Positions 8,560-17,950 are shown, counted from the first letter of the stretch. The stretch is 62,272 nt of DNA from Sulfurimonas sp. UBA6014 (GCA_002428085.1 DJAA01000034.1:18984-81255), one strand, 5' to 3'. The notes: generated by a model from the letters alone, not told the origin. Numbers and translations are program-made.

Positions 8560-9609
8560 TTAAAGCTTTCTCTTCTCTTCGATGAAATCAAGAATTTTTT
8601 GAGGAATATTTTGAAGTGAAGTTTGTATGTCAACACCGCCAAGGTCGTATGCGACCTTAGGCATGCCATACACAACACAACTTTTTTCATCTTGACCTAT
8701 AGTTTTTGCACCAACATTATGCATGTTGCGCATCCCTTTTGCCCCATCACTTCCCATCCCTGTCAAAATAACACCTACAGCATTAGCACCTGCGCATTTG
8801 GCAACTGAGTTAAAAAGGACATCTACTGAGGGGCGGTGTCCACTCACTTTTTCACCGCCTCCAAGTTGCACATAGTATCTATGCCCTGAACGGCGCAAAA
8901 CCATATGTAAATCTCCCGGCGCAATAAGCACCTGACCGATACTCACGCTATCACCATTTTTTGCCTCTTTTACCTCTACTTGACACAAAGAGTTAAGGCG
9001 TTGTGCAAATTGTCCTGTAAAATTCGCAGGCATATGTTGGACAATGATGATTCCAGGACTATTTCTAGGGAGTTGTATCAAAACATCTTTGAGTGCTTCT
9101 GTTCCCCCAGTGGATGCTCCGATGGCTACGATTTTTTGCGTTGTCTCTGAGAGTGCTCCATGATAGGTAAGCGGTTTTATTGGTGGTGTATCGGTGGATT
9201 TTATTTGTATTTTGGCACGTGCGGCAGATTTTACTTTTGCTAAAAGCTCCTCGCGAATCTCATCTGAGCCATCATAAATATTGGAGTGTGGTTTAGCCAC
9301 AAAATCAATCGCACCCGCTTCAAGCGCGTCAAGCGTTGTTTTTGCCCCTTTTTGGGTTAAAGATGAAACCATAACAACAGGCAGTGGCATGAACTGCATA
9401 AGTTTTTTTACAAAAGTTATGCCGTCCATGCGAGGCATTTCTACATCCAGACAAATAACATCGGGTTTTGATTTGAGAATTTTATCCCGTGCTACGTAGG
9501 CATCGACAGCTGTTTCAACACTGCTTATGTCGGGGTCTTTTGACAATATATCACTTAAAACCGCTCGAGCCGTAGCACTGTCATCAACTATCAAGACCTT
9601 GATTCCCAT
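8560..9609 (-). CDS. cheB: Chemotaxis response regulator protein-glutamate methylesterase CheB
   Basis: Receiver domain (VDDSATAR, DVEMPRMDG) plus methylesterase motifs GASTGG, HMPANFT and GMGSDG. Confidence 0.93.
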   Translation of the reverse strand: MGIKVLIVDDSATARAVLSDILSKDPDISSVETAVDAYVARDKILKSKPDVICLDVEMPRMDGITFVKKLMQFMPLPVVMVSSLTQKGAKTTLDALEAGAIDFVAKPHSNIYDGSDEIREELLAKVKSAARAKIQIKSTDTPPIKPLTYHGALSETTQKIVAIGASTGGTEALKDVLIQLPRNSPGIIIVQHMPANFTGQFAQRLNSLCQVEVKEAKNGDSVSIGQVLIAPGDLHMVLRRSGHRYYVQLGGGEKVSGHRPSVDVLFNSVAKCAGANAVGVILTGMGSDGAKGMRNMHNVGAKTIGQDEKSCVVYGMPKVAYDLGGVDIQTSLQNIPQKILDFIEEKRKL

Positions 9610-10073
9610 TATTCACTCTCTTTTATATATTTGAGCATCACTTTGCCTGTATCACTGATCATTAAAATGCGTCTGCCTTGTGTGCCACCAACATCTTGTG
9701 CGGTAATGGGTATTTTGTATTCGTTCAAAACCTCTTTGGCAATGACGATGTTTTTACGTCCAACCATCATATCTTCATGCGCGATTGTATCTATGACATT
9801 ACCGCCGCCAAAAATTTTGGCTTCCATGTTGTTGAGTTTACAACCGACGTTGAGCATCCCCTCGACAAGTCGGTGGATGGCGATATTTCCATATTTGGGA
9901 CTTTGGAGTCCATTTCCGTTCCACAACGGCACCAAATAATGGTTCATCCCGCCAATCATCTCCACTTTGTCGTAAATGCATACAGAAACACATGAGCCCA
10001 AAATGGTACTTATTTCAGTCGGTCTAGCTCCAATGTAAAACTCACCGACATGAATGAATTTTTTAATAAGCAT
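9609..10073 (-). CDS. cheD: Chemoreceptor glutamine deamidase CheD
   Basis: 154-aa CheD-family protein with the LGSCVSVCIYD catalytic Cys region. One-nt start/stop overlaps with both neighbours. Confidence 0.88.
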   Translation of the reverse strand: MLIKKFIHVGEFYIGARPTEISTILGSCVSVCIYDKVEMIGGMNHYLVPLWNGNGLQSPKYGNIAIHRLVEGMLNVGCKLNNMEAKIFGGGNVIDTIAHEDMMVGRKNIVIAKEVLNEYKIPITAQDVGGTQGRRILMISDTGKVMLKYIKESE

Positions 10074-10966
10074 TAAAACTCCATCATACCACTGTCTGAG
10101 GATTCTTCAAAAAATTCATCTGAACCAAGTCCCTCCGAGACAGATAAACTCGCTTCATCTTTCTGAGCTATTTTTACTAAAAAGACAGTTTTATCATCTT
10201 CACTAAAATGATCAATAGAGCCATCAAGAGACTCAACGATTTCTTTAACAACACTCAATCCAAGACCCAAACCTTGCCCTGGTCGCGTTTTCCCTGTGTT
10301 GTGTTTGTAGAAACGGTTATAAATATTTTTACTGTGATCCGCATATACTCCTTCACCAAAATCTTCAACTCGTATAATATAATCACTTCCTTCTTGCGCA
10401 AATACAATATTTACATCTGCATCTGGATACGAATATTCACAAGCATTTGAGAGGAGATTGAGCAAAATAAGATAAAGTTTTTGCCCATCTGTGACCATTT
10501 TTTCTAGCATCTTATTTTCTACTTTTATATGCAATGATTTTTCTTTTATAAGATGCTCAAAATAGTTTATTGCCTCTTGCGCAATATCTTCAGGGGTGAT
10601 GCGTGCATATGCATTTCCCATCTCGCCGTACTCTATTTCAGAAGCGGCAAAGATATTTTTGAGACTAAAGTCCAGATACGTAAGCTCACTTCGCATCATC
10701 GAACCGATGGCATCAAGACGTGTAGTGTCCACATCTTTTTTGATTTTTCTAGAGAGGCTCAGAAGTGAAGAGAGCGGATTGTTGAACTCATTTTTGATGA
10801 GGGATAAAAAGTAGCTTTTTGCGGCTTCAACTTCTTTGCTACGTTCATTCATTTCAAGAAGTTTTTTGGTCATAAATTCCATTTCAGCGATTGAAGCACT
10901 TTTCTCTTCAAACCTTCTTCCTATCTCTTTTAAAAGCGCTTGGTCACTCATGTTGAATATTTCCAT
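10073..10966 (-). CDS. Histidine-kinase-like protein lacking the phospho-acceptor His (DHp-like helix + intact-looking HATPase_c), acidic ...SGMMEF terminus
   Basis: The H-box position reads FLSLIKNEFNNPL, with Asn codon 10790-10792 where His is expected. N box LLSNACEYS. G1 EDFGEG. G2 GQGLGLGLS. No TM segment or sensor domain. Confidence 0.75.
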   Translation of the reverse strand: MEIFNMSDQALLKEIGRRFEEKSASIAEMEFMTKKLLEMNERSKEVEAAKSYFLSLIKNEFNNPLSSLLSLSRKIKKDVDTTRLDAIGSMMRSELTYLDFSLKNIFAASEIEYGEMGNAYARITPEDIAQEAINYFEHLIKEKSLHIKVENKMLEKMVTDGQKLYLILLNLLSNACEYSYPDADVNIVFAQEGSDYIIRVEDFGEGVYADHSKNIYNRFYKHNTGKTRPGQGLGLGLSVVKEIVESLDGSIDHFSEDDKTVFLVKIAQKDEASLSVSEGLGSDEFFEESSDSGMMEF

Positions 10967-10975
10967 TTTCTTTCC

Positions 10976-11800
10976 TTATTGTTTCATATAGATTGATGAT
11001 CTAACTAACTTTAAATTTTTAACACTTGGTGGAATCGACTCAGAGTGCCCGATAAAAAGTAATCCGCCAGTTTGCAAAAGCTTTGTAAGGTGGACATTTA
11101 TCTGAGTTTGTATCACTTTATCAAAATAAATCATGACATTGCGACAAAAAATGATGTCGATAGGATTGGTAAACATGTTGTAGTTCCCATAGACTAGATT
11201 ATATTTGCGAAAAGTAATCATTTTTTTTATAGAATCATTGACGATAAATTCTTTTGCGATTGGATTGTTTCTCAGAGTAAAATATTTTTTTATGAGGCTA
11301 GTTGATAATCCTTCCATAGATTTTTGAGAATAAATTCCCTGCATCGCCTTTTTTAAAATATCTTCAGAGATATCTGTTGCCAATATTTTAATATCCCATG
11401 ATTCAATATTTGGGATATGCTCATGTAAAAATATAGCAATACTATACGGCTCTTCACCACTGGATGAGGCACTTGACCAGATGCGTAACTTTTTCTTTTC
11501 TTTTTTTAAAAGAGTATTTTTGACATACTCTTGAAAATAAACCCATTGCTCTTTCTCGCGAAAAAAAGAGGTAACGTTTGTAGTGATGGCATCTTCAAGC
11601 TCAAAGTCGGCAGTGCTACCACTTTGATGAATAAAATATTCATAAAGCTCCATATAGCTCTTTAACCCTTTTTTAGTCACGAGCTTACTAAGTCTCGATT
11701 GCATCATGGAGACTTTTTGATCATTTAAAGAGATGCCTAATCTCTCATGAATAAGCTCTCTAAAGAGGTTGAACTCTTTTTTTTTTAATTCTAGCAACAT
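10976..11800 (-). CDS. cheR: Chemotaxis protein methyltransferase CheR
   Basis: CheR motifs RIWSSASSSGEEPYSIAI and IIFCRNVMIYFD. 274 aa with no extra TPR domain. Confidence 0.92.
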   Translation of the reverse strand: MLLELKKKEFNLFRELIHERLGISLNDQKVSMMQSRLSKLVTKKGLKSYMELYEYFIHQSGSTADFELEDAITTNVTSFFREKEQWVYFQEYVKNTLLKKEKKKLRIWSSASSSGEEPYSIAIFLHEHIPNIESWDIKILATDISEDILKKAMQGIYSQKSMEGLSTSLIKKYFTLRNNPIAKEFIVNDSIKKMITFRKYNLVYGNYNMFTNPIDIIFCRNVMIYFDKVIQTQINVHLTKLLQTGGLLFIGHSESIPPSVKNLKLVRSSIYMKQ

Positions 11801-11803
11801 TTT

Positions 11804-13921
11804 TTAATGGACTTTTATCTTAAAAAGTGCATCTACGTTGAGAATAAGAGCAATCTCTCCATTTCCCATAACTGCACCTCCCGTAATACCTTCTAGTTTA
11901 GCAAGCGCTTTTCCTAAGGGTTTGATAACTACCTGCTGACGCCCCACTAAATCATCAATAAGGAGTGCATATTTGCCATCTTCACTCTCGACGCAAATGA
12001 GAGTTGACTCCCAAATTTCTGGTCGTTTGTCGTTAATATCTAGTATCTCATTGAGGCGCATAACAGGAATCATCTCGCCGCGAAGGTCTACAAACTCCCC
12101 TTTGTTCCTTGCCGTATGAACAATATCTTTTGAAGGGATAAAAGATTCAACAACACTTAACGTAGGGATAATAAATATATCTCCCGCACTTTTAACAATC
12201 ATGCCATCAATAATCGCCAAAGTAAGCGGAAGTAAAATCGTAAAAACAGAGCCTTCCCCCATTTTTGACTCAATTTCTACCTTTCCTTGAAGTTTTTCGA
12301 TAGAGGAGCGAACAACATCAAGTCCAACTCCACGACCTGAAATATCGCTAATCACATCCGCAGTAGAAAACCCTGCTTGCATGATGAGTCCATATATTTG
12401 CTGGTCGCTTAAAACATCCTCTTTACTTATGATACCTCGCTCTAGTGCTTTGGCATAGACTTTATCTTTGTTAATGCCGCGTCCATCATCACGTACTTCA
12501 ATAGCGATATTTCCCGCTTTATGATACGCTCTTAAAAGAACATGCCCTTTTGGATTTTTACCTGCTGCTGCACGCTCTTGAACGGTCGCTTCTATCCCAT
12601 GGTCAATAGCATTTCTAATGATGTGAATGAGTGGGTCAGAGAGTGAGTCAACCATAGTTTTATCAACCTCAGTCTCTTCTCCTTCTATGCGCAACTCTAT
12701 ATCTTTGTTCACTTTTTTAGAAGCATCTCGCGCAACACGTTTCATTTTGTCAAATGTGTCATGAACGGGGACCATTCTCAGCGCCATAACACGGTTTTGG
12801 ATAAGACGGGTGATTTTGCTAAGGTTTTCAATGGTCCTTGTTAGCTGAGGGCTGTTGAGACTTTTGATCTCTTCATTTTCAGATACAAAGTTTTGAGTGA
12901 TGACCATCTCGCCCACAGAATCAAAAAGTTCGTCTAATTTTTGTGTATCTATTTTTATGAAAGAGCGTTTATCTTCTTTGCGACGATGTTCAAACTCTAT
13001 AGGCTCTTCTTTTGTGTTTGCTTGAGTTTTCTCTTGTATCAAAGGAGCTATTTCATCGGCTACAACGGTTGCTTCATGGAGAACAACTCTTTCTTCTGGA
13101 AGTGCTTCATTGTCGTTTTGTGTAGCTTCTATCAAAGTGATAGAAAACTCTTGAGGTTCAACAAATAAAAATACCTCTTCAATCGAGTCAACACTCTCCT
13201 CGCTTTCTAAAAAAAGCTCAACATGACTCCAGTGACTTATCTCAACATCAAAATTTTCTATTGTTTGGATGTGAGGAACACTCCATCTAGATTGGAGTAT
13301 TTGTCCTTTTTCACTTAAGAGACCAAAGAAGCGTCCATGGTCATATCCCCTATGATAAATATCGTTATCAAGTTTTAAAACTATTTTATATAAAAATTTT
13401 CCAAGTTGCGCTACTGGCTCTTGGATAGTTTTTTCTTCTATTTTTTTTGGTTCATCTATAAATGTGAAAGGTTCATCTTTATTAGAAAACTCTTGAGCAA
13501 CATTACTCATATCTGCAAAAGGGGTCTCTTGAGTTGATTTGTTCAGAAGAAGCTGTTTGATAGATTCAAGGGTAGAGTGGTAGTTTGGAGGAACACCCTC
13601 ATCTCCACTTACTTCTAGCCAGAGTGTTGCTTTTATGACATCTACAGCACTTAGAAAAATATCTATTGCATAAGCTGGCACACTCACTGTGCTATCGCGG
13701 TAGTGATCTAAAACATCTTCAAAAAGATGGACAAATCCGCCCAAACGGGTAAAACCAAAAGAGTTGGCACTTCCTTTAAGTGTATGAACACCGCGAAAGA
13801 GCTCATTGAGTAACTCTTTATTTTGTGAGTCCTCTTCATAATTGATAATATCTATATCGAGTTTCTCAATGATTTCAGTTGCTTCTTCGATAAATATAGA
13901 ACGTATTTCTTCTTTAGTCAT
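11804..13921 (-). CDS. cheA: Chemotaxis histidine kinase CheA (no fused receiver)
   Basis: P1 HPt FRGVHTLKGSANSFG. N box IIRNAIDHGIE. G boxes RDDGRGI and GRGVGLDVV. C-terminal CheW-like P5. I place the start at MTKEEIRS (ATG 13921), which overlaps the upstream stop as ATGACTAA; the track ORF extends 11 codons further. Confidence 0.92.
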   Translation of the reverse strand: MTKEEIRSIFIEEATEIIEKLDIDIINYEEDSQNKELLNELFRGVHTLKGSANSFGFTRLGGFVHLFEDVLDHYRDSTVSVPAYAIDIFLSAVDVIKATLWLEVSGDEGVPPNYHSTLESIKQLLLNKSTQETPFADMSNVAQEFSNKDEPFTFIDEPKKIEEKTIQEPVAQLGKFLYKIVLKLDNDIYHRGYDHGRFFGLLSEKGQILQSRWSVPHIQTIENFDVEISHWSHVELFLESEESVDSIEEVFLFVEPQEFSITLIEATQNDNEALPEERVVLHEATVVADEIAPLIQEKTQANTKEEPIEFEHRRKEDKRSFIKIDTQKLDELFDSVGEMVITQNFVSENEEIKSLNSPQLTRTIENLSKITRLIQNRVMALRMVPVHDTFDKMKRVARDASKKVNKDIELRIEGEETEVDKTMVDSLSDPLIHIIRNAIDHGIEATVQERAAAGKNPKGHVLLRAYHKAGNIAIEVRDDGRGINKDKVYAKALERGIISKEDVLSDQQIYGLIMQAGFSTADVISDISGRGVGLDVVRSSIEKLQGKVEIESKMGEGSVFTILLPLTLAIIDGMIVKSAGDIFIIPTLSVVESFIPSKDIVHTARNKGEFVDLRGEMIPVMRLNEILDINDKRPEIWESTLICVESEDGKYALLIDDLVGRQQVVIKPLGKALAKLEGITGGAVMGNGEIALILNVDALFKIKVH

Positions 13922-14180
13922 GGTGTATCCAATGCAAACTGCCATAATTGGCAAGTTTTAGTATTCCATCGTCTATTGCGGGAATGCGAATTTGAGGTTT
14001 GCTTTTTTTGATACTAAATAAAAGAGCAAAAAGGGAAGAAGAGACAAAAATCTCTTTCTCCCCAATCACTTCTATAGATTCAATATATTCTAAACGGGGT
14101 TGAATAAACTTTTTTAGCTCGATTACTTCACCCAAATCCATATCTAGTTCTATCTCAAGAACATCGCCATCTATTGTCAT
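13914..14180 (-). CDS. Small STAS-like (SpoIIAA/anti-sigma-antagonist-like) protein
   Basis: 88 aa. The beta-alpha pattern and the FVSSSLFALL segment resemble the STAS ...fiDSSGl... region. Abuts the mcp stop and overlaps the cheA start. Confidence 0.5.
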   Translation of the reverse strand: MTIDGDVLEIELDMDLGEVIELKKFIQPRLEYIESIEVIGEKEIFVSSSLFALLFSIKKSKPQIRIPAIDDGILKLANYGSLHWIHHD

Positions 14181-16136
14181 TTAGAACTCCTTCAAGTCCT
14201 CATCATCAAGTGGAAAAACGTCATGATTGCTCTTTGAAGGTTTTTTAGACGCGAGAGCTTTTTTAGGTTGTGCAAAGCCCATACGCTTCGTTGTTTTTTG
14301 CGTGCGACCTGTTGGTCTCTCTGAGTGTCCTGCACTTGTAATACCAACCATTGCTGCGATAACTGCCACCATATCTTGCATAGAGACAGCTTGCGCGTTG
14401 AGCTCTTCAGATGCAGCTGCGGCTTCTTCAGATGTTGCAGCATTTTGTTGTGTTACTTGGTCGATATTTCCCATAGCTTGCGCGATTTGGCTCATCCCTT
14501 CACTTTGTTCTTTTGTAGAGATAGAGATTTCACTGATAAGATTTGAAGTCTTTTTGATTCGCTCATCAATATTTCCAAATGCCTCATTTGTTTTCTTTGC
14601 TACATCTAAACCATTTTTGATTTGTTTGATTGATTGCTCGATGATCTCTGAAGTCTCTGTCGCAGCATTTGCTGAGCGTTGAGCAAGACCTTTAACTTCA
14701 TCAGCAACAACGGCAAAACCTAATCCATGCTCACCTGCACGTGCCGCTTCAACAGCTGCATTAAGGGCTAGAAGTTTTGTTTGTGATGCTATCTCATCAA
14801 TAGTTTTGATGATTTTTGCGATTCTCTCACTTGAACTGTTTATCTCTTGCATAGCAGCCATCAGTTCCGTTCCACGTGCAAAACCTTCAGATGCGGCTTC
14901 TTTGGTATCTTTTGCCAAGATATCCGCTTCACGAGAGTTGTCTGCATTTTGGTTGTTGATGGCAGTTGCTTGCTCTACCGTCGCACTTACCTCTTCTATA
15001 GAGCTTGCTTGTTGGGAGGCACCCTCTGCTAAAGCTTGAGAAGATTCAGATATTTCACCCGCCGCACTTACGACTTGTGAGTTCGCACTTGTGATGGACT
15101 CAACTGCACGAATAATAGGAACTGTGATACTTCTAATGAGGTAAACAGCCAAAGAGGCACCAACAATCAACGCTATGATTAAACCTACAATCATGATGTA
15201 AGAAGATGCAGCCAAACTCTCAGCTGATTCTTTTGAAATTTCAGCAGTTTGACCCATCGCAACTCTCGCTGTTTCTTGTGCTGCTTCTAAAACTTCGCTG
15301 CCTACACTTGTACGCTTTTTAGCGAGTTCTTCAAGCATAATCCAACTTTTGATAAAGTTGTCAAGCGCTTCTTTATACTCGTTTGCAGCCATTTCTGTCT
15401 CTTTAATCGTCTCAAGATCTTCTGCTCTAAAGGTTATTTTGGTAAGAGCACCAAACAACTGTTCCATTTTAGGAAAGTTTTTTTGTGCATCGTAAATGAT
15501 AGACGGCTCTCGAAGTGCCTGTGATTTGAATGCTTTGATTCTTGTGTCATTCCCTATATCGATAATATCATTGACGATTGATATTTTTTGCAATCTCTCT
15601 TTAAGTTTTTCAGGAGACTGTTTGGAAGCAATCTCACTGTTCATCATTTTTGTCTGGTTGAGTAAAAAATCATTACAACTTGCCATATACTTCGCCGCAC
15701 CTTTGTCAAGGTCGCCTCTATAAGTATTGAGCTTGCCTAGAAGAGTTTCTGTATCTGTAATAAGTGCATCGTACTCTAGAGTTTTTATTCTTGCTTTTTT
15801 CTCAAGTTCAGTGAGCTTTGGCAATGAATATTTTTCAGCAAGTGCTTTAGCCTCATCAAGATGGAATTTTATATCACTTAAATACTGGCGTCCTTCCACG
15901 AGAAATTTCTTCTCTTCACTCAGACCATACCCTCTGATGGCATACATAGTTAAAAGAGCGTGTCTCTCGACATTATTTCCTACTCCCAACTCTGGCACAT
16001 ATATATTTGCTAGCTGGTGTGAACCTTCCTCAACGTTTTTCATGTTAATGATAGCCATTGAACCCAAAATAACGGTGATCAAAAGGAGTAAAACAAACCC
16101 TATACTAATCTTATATGTTAATGTCAAATTTTTCAT
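14181..16136 (-). CDS. Methyl-accepting chemotaxis protein (two TM segments, ~290-aa helical periplasmic domain)
   Basis: Hairpin tip [34 protein letters not shown]. Methylation-type sites [16 protein letters not shown] and AASEELNA. Long low-complexity C-terminal linker ending DDEDLKEF. Confidence 0.93.
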   Translation of the reverse strand: MKNLTLTYKISIGFVLLLLITVILGSMAIINMKNVEEGSHQLANIYVPELGVGNNVERHALLTMYAIRGYGLSEEKKFLVEGRQYLSDIKFHLDEAKALAEKYSLPKLTELEKKARIKTLEYDALITDTETLLGKLNTYRGDLDKGAAKYMASCNDFLLNQTKMMNSEIASKQSPEKLKERLQKISIVNDIIDIGNDTRIKAFKSQALREPSIIYDAQKNFPKMEQLFGALTKITFRAEDLETIKETEMAANEYKEALDNFIKSWIMLEELAKKRTSVGSEVLEAAQETARVAMGQTAEISKESAESLAASSYIMIVGLIIALIVGASLAVYLIRSITVPIIRAVESITSANSQVVSAAGEISESSQALAEGASQQASSIEEVSATVEQATAINNQNADNSREADILAKDTKEAASEGFARGTELMAAMQEINSSSERIAKIIKTIDEIASQTKLLALNAAVEAARAGEHGLGFAVVADEVKGLAQRSANAATETSEIIEQSIKQIKNGLDVAKKTNEAFGNIDERIKKTSNLISEISISTKEQSEGMSQIAQAMGNIDQVTQQNAATSEEAAAASEELNAQAVSMQDMVAVIAAMVGITSAGHSERPTGRTQKTTKRMGFAQPKKALASKKPSKSNHDVFPLDDEDLKEF

Positions 16137-16138
16137 CT

Positions 16139-16660
16139 TTACACTCCTGCTTTTTCTGTTTTATTTGATTTACGCTCTTCGAAAGAACCGATTTGTGTCA
16201 GTTCGTCATCCTCAAAAATCTTTTCCATGTCAAGAATCAAAATAACATCTGATCCAACTTCTGCAACACTCTTGATAAAAGTGGTGTCAATATGTGAGCC
16301 AAATTTTGGTGGTTCATTTAAATCTTTTTCACTAAATGTGAGAACATCCTCAACTCGGTCCACAATAAAGCCTATGTTTACCCCACTCACTTCATTGATG
16401 ATAATTGCAGTGTTCATATCATGCTCTTTTTTTTCTATGCCAAACTTTACGCGAATGTCTACTATGGGGATAATAGAACCACGAAGATTGACAACCCCTT
16501 CTACGAAAGGCGGAGTTCTAGGTACATGCGTGATTTTCATCATTGCAATAATTTCGTTTATGTGAGAAATATCTATTCCATACTGTTCATTCTTAACAAA
16601 GAAACTCAAATAACGATGTCTGCTTCCGCCTTCTTCACCTTCTAAATCTTTTGTTCTCAT
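16139..16660 (-). CDS. cheW: Chemotaxis coupling protein CheW
   Basis: 173-aa single CheW-like domain ([21 protein letters not shown]..., [13 protein letters not shown]). Confidence 0.9.
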   Translation of the reverse strand: MRTKDLEGEEGGSRHRYLSFFVKNEQYGIDISHINEIIAMMKITHVPRTPPFVEGVVNLRGSIIPIVDIRVKFGIEKKEHDMNTAIIINEVSGVNIGFIVDRVEDVLTFSEKDLNEPPKFGSHIDTTFIKSVAEVGSDVILILDMEKIFEDDELTQIGSFEERKSNKTEKAGV

Positions 16661-17046
16661 TAAATCCCCAATACCATTTTTACAGCTTTAATCAGCTTTT
16701 CATCACTAAATGGCTTTACCATCCACCCCGTAACCCCTATCTCTTTGCCTCTTTCTTTCATAACAGGAGAACTCTCTGTTGTTAAAATCAGAATAGGTTT
16801 ATTTTTAAAACGTTCATCTGCTTTTAATGTTGCTGCGAGGTCAAGTCCATTCATCTGCGGCATATTTATATCACTGATGAGCATGTCGAAATTTTCATTT
16901 CCGCTCATCAAAAGATTTAGCAGCTCTGCAGGATTTTGATAAAGTGCTAAAATAACGCCCCCATTTTGCACCATCTCATCGAGCGCCATTTGAGCGGTAG
17001 CCAAAATAGTTTTTGAATCATCTACTAAAATAACTTTCTTTGCCAA
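16660..17046 (-). CDS. cheY: Chemotaxis response regulator CheY
   Basis: 128-aa stand-alone receiver (LVDDS, ISDINMPQMNG, LTTE, VKPF). First gene of the operon. Confidence 0.9.
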   Translation of the reverse strand: MAKKVILVDDSKTILATAQMALDEMVQNGGVILALYQNPAELLNLLMSGNENFDMLISDINMPQMNGLDLAATLKADERFKNKPILILTTESSPVMKERGKEIGVTGWMVKPFSDEKLIKAVKMVLGI

Positions 17047-17206
17047 AGCTTATCCTTTTAATTGCACATCTAAGCTATTTAACTCATTTAATTTTGAGCA
17101 AAAATGCAATGTTGGAAATTGTATCTTTTATATTTATAAAATTTTATTAAAAATTCTAATGAATTAAAATAGATGGCTGAGTCTTATACTCAAGTTATAC
17201 CGCGCT

Positions 17207-17227
17207 ACTTTTCACTTTTTGAAAAGT
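17207..17227. repeat. 8-bp inverted repeat ACTTTTCA-N5-TGAAAAGT in the cheY/rplU divergent intergenic region
   Basis: Read directly from the sequence. AT-rich stem of unknown function; a possible operator. Confidence 0.3.
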
Positions 17228-17273
17228 AATGAAAATTATGCATAAGTTAAATAAAACTTAAAGCTTGATGAGA

Positions 17274-17279
17274 TATAAT
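17274..17279 (+). promoter_or_regulatory. -10-like TATAAT upstream of rplU
   Basis: TATAAT lies about 78 nt before the rplU ATG in an AT-rich spacer. No clear -35 element, as is common in this phylum. Confidence 0.3.
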
Positions 17280-17357
17280 TCCAGACTTTTTGTAAAAATA
17301 GACTTTTGAGTAGAGTATTTAAAAGTTTATAAGCATAATATATTTCAAGGATCGTGA

Positions 17358-17666
17358 ATGTACGCAATTATTAAAAATGGTGGTAAACAGTATAAAGTTC
17401 AAGAGGGCGATATTTTAACATTTGATAAAATGTCACTTGAACCTAAAGATATCATCGAAATCAAAGAAGTTCTAGCGGTAAATGCCGGCGAACTAAAAAT
17501 GGGAATCCCATTTGTAAAGGGTGCAGTTGTAACTGCTGAGGTTATCAACGAGGGTCGTGATAAAAAAGTTATTACTTTTAAGAAACGTCGCCGTAAAGAT
17601 AGTAAAGTAAAAAGAGGTTTCAGAAGAGACTTCACTCGTGTTCGTATCACGAAAATAGCTGCTTAA
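17358..17666 (+). CDS. rplU: 50S ribosomal protein L21
   Basis: [19 protein letters not shown]-terminus; 102 aa. Confidence 0.96.
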   Translation: MYAIIKNGGKQYKVQEGDILTFDKMSLEPKDIIEIKEVLAVNAGELKMGIPFVKGAVVTAEVINEGRDKKVITFKKRRRKDSKVKRGFRRDFTRVRITKIAA

Positions 17667-17692
17667 GCTAAACACAACGAAGGAGAATTGAG

Positions 17693-17950
17693 ATGGCACA
17701 TAAAAAAGGTCAAGGTAGTACACAAAATAATCGTGACTCGGCTGGTAGAAGACTTGGTGTAAAAAAATATGGTGGCGAAGCTGTCGTTGCTGGTAATATT
17801 ATCATTCGTCAACGTGGAACTAAAGTTCACCCAGGTAAAAACATGGGTATGGGGAAAGATCATACTTTATTTGCACTTATCGATGGTGTAGTTAAATTTG
17901 AGCGAAAAGACAAAAAACGTCAACAAGTTTCTATTATTCCTGCTGCGTAA
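17693..17950 (+). CDS. rpmA: 50S ribosomal protein L27
   Basis: [25 protein letters not shown]-terminus; 85 aa. Confidence 0.96.
   Translation: MAHKKGQGSTQNNRDSAGRRLGVKKYGGEAVVAGNIIIRQRGTKVHPGKNMGMGKDHTLFALIDGVVKFERKDKKRQQVSIIPAA

Noticed and set aside
11777-11786. 10-nt homopolymer (T10 on plus, A10 in the coding sense) in codons 6-8 of cheR, as a possible phase-variation tract.
   Set aside because: It encodes Lys-Lys-Lys in an AT-rich genome where A/T runs of 8-9 nt are frequent (e.g. 4390-4398, 21186-21194, 22826-22834). The contingency loci known in this phylum use G/C tracts. There is no evidence of variation from a single sequence.
13922-13954. N-terminal extensions in the ORF track for cheA (also hslV 53793-53813, rplI 54335-54370, the nitrilase-family gene 35755-35775, the AAA ATPase 44539-44574, the MshN-like gene 43740-43772 and the MshK-like gene 46550-46567).
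   Set aside because: Internal ATGs give canonical family N-termini, have better RBS spacing and produce typical start/stop overlaps. The longer versions overlap the upstream genes extensively.
15727-16245. Long ORFs on the opposite strand of well-supported genes. Examples: 15727..16245, 14227..14682, 6222..6623, 2551..2931, 3025..3321, 53398..53766, 54616..54954, 33843..34316, 60943..61260.
   Set aside because: Each lies fully antisense inside a gene with strong family motifs. They have low-complexity or hydrophobic composition typical of shadow ORFs, and no RBS or independent motif.
17047-17357. Searched the cheY upstream region for sigma54 (GG-N10-GC) or sigma28 promoters and for a small RNA or tRNA.
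   Set aside because: I found no convincing match on the minus strand. There are only weak AT-rich -10-like hexamers (e.g. TACAAT at 17118-17123, minus strand), which are not distinctive enough to call.
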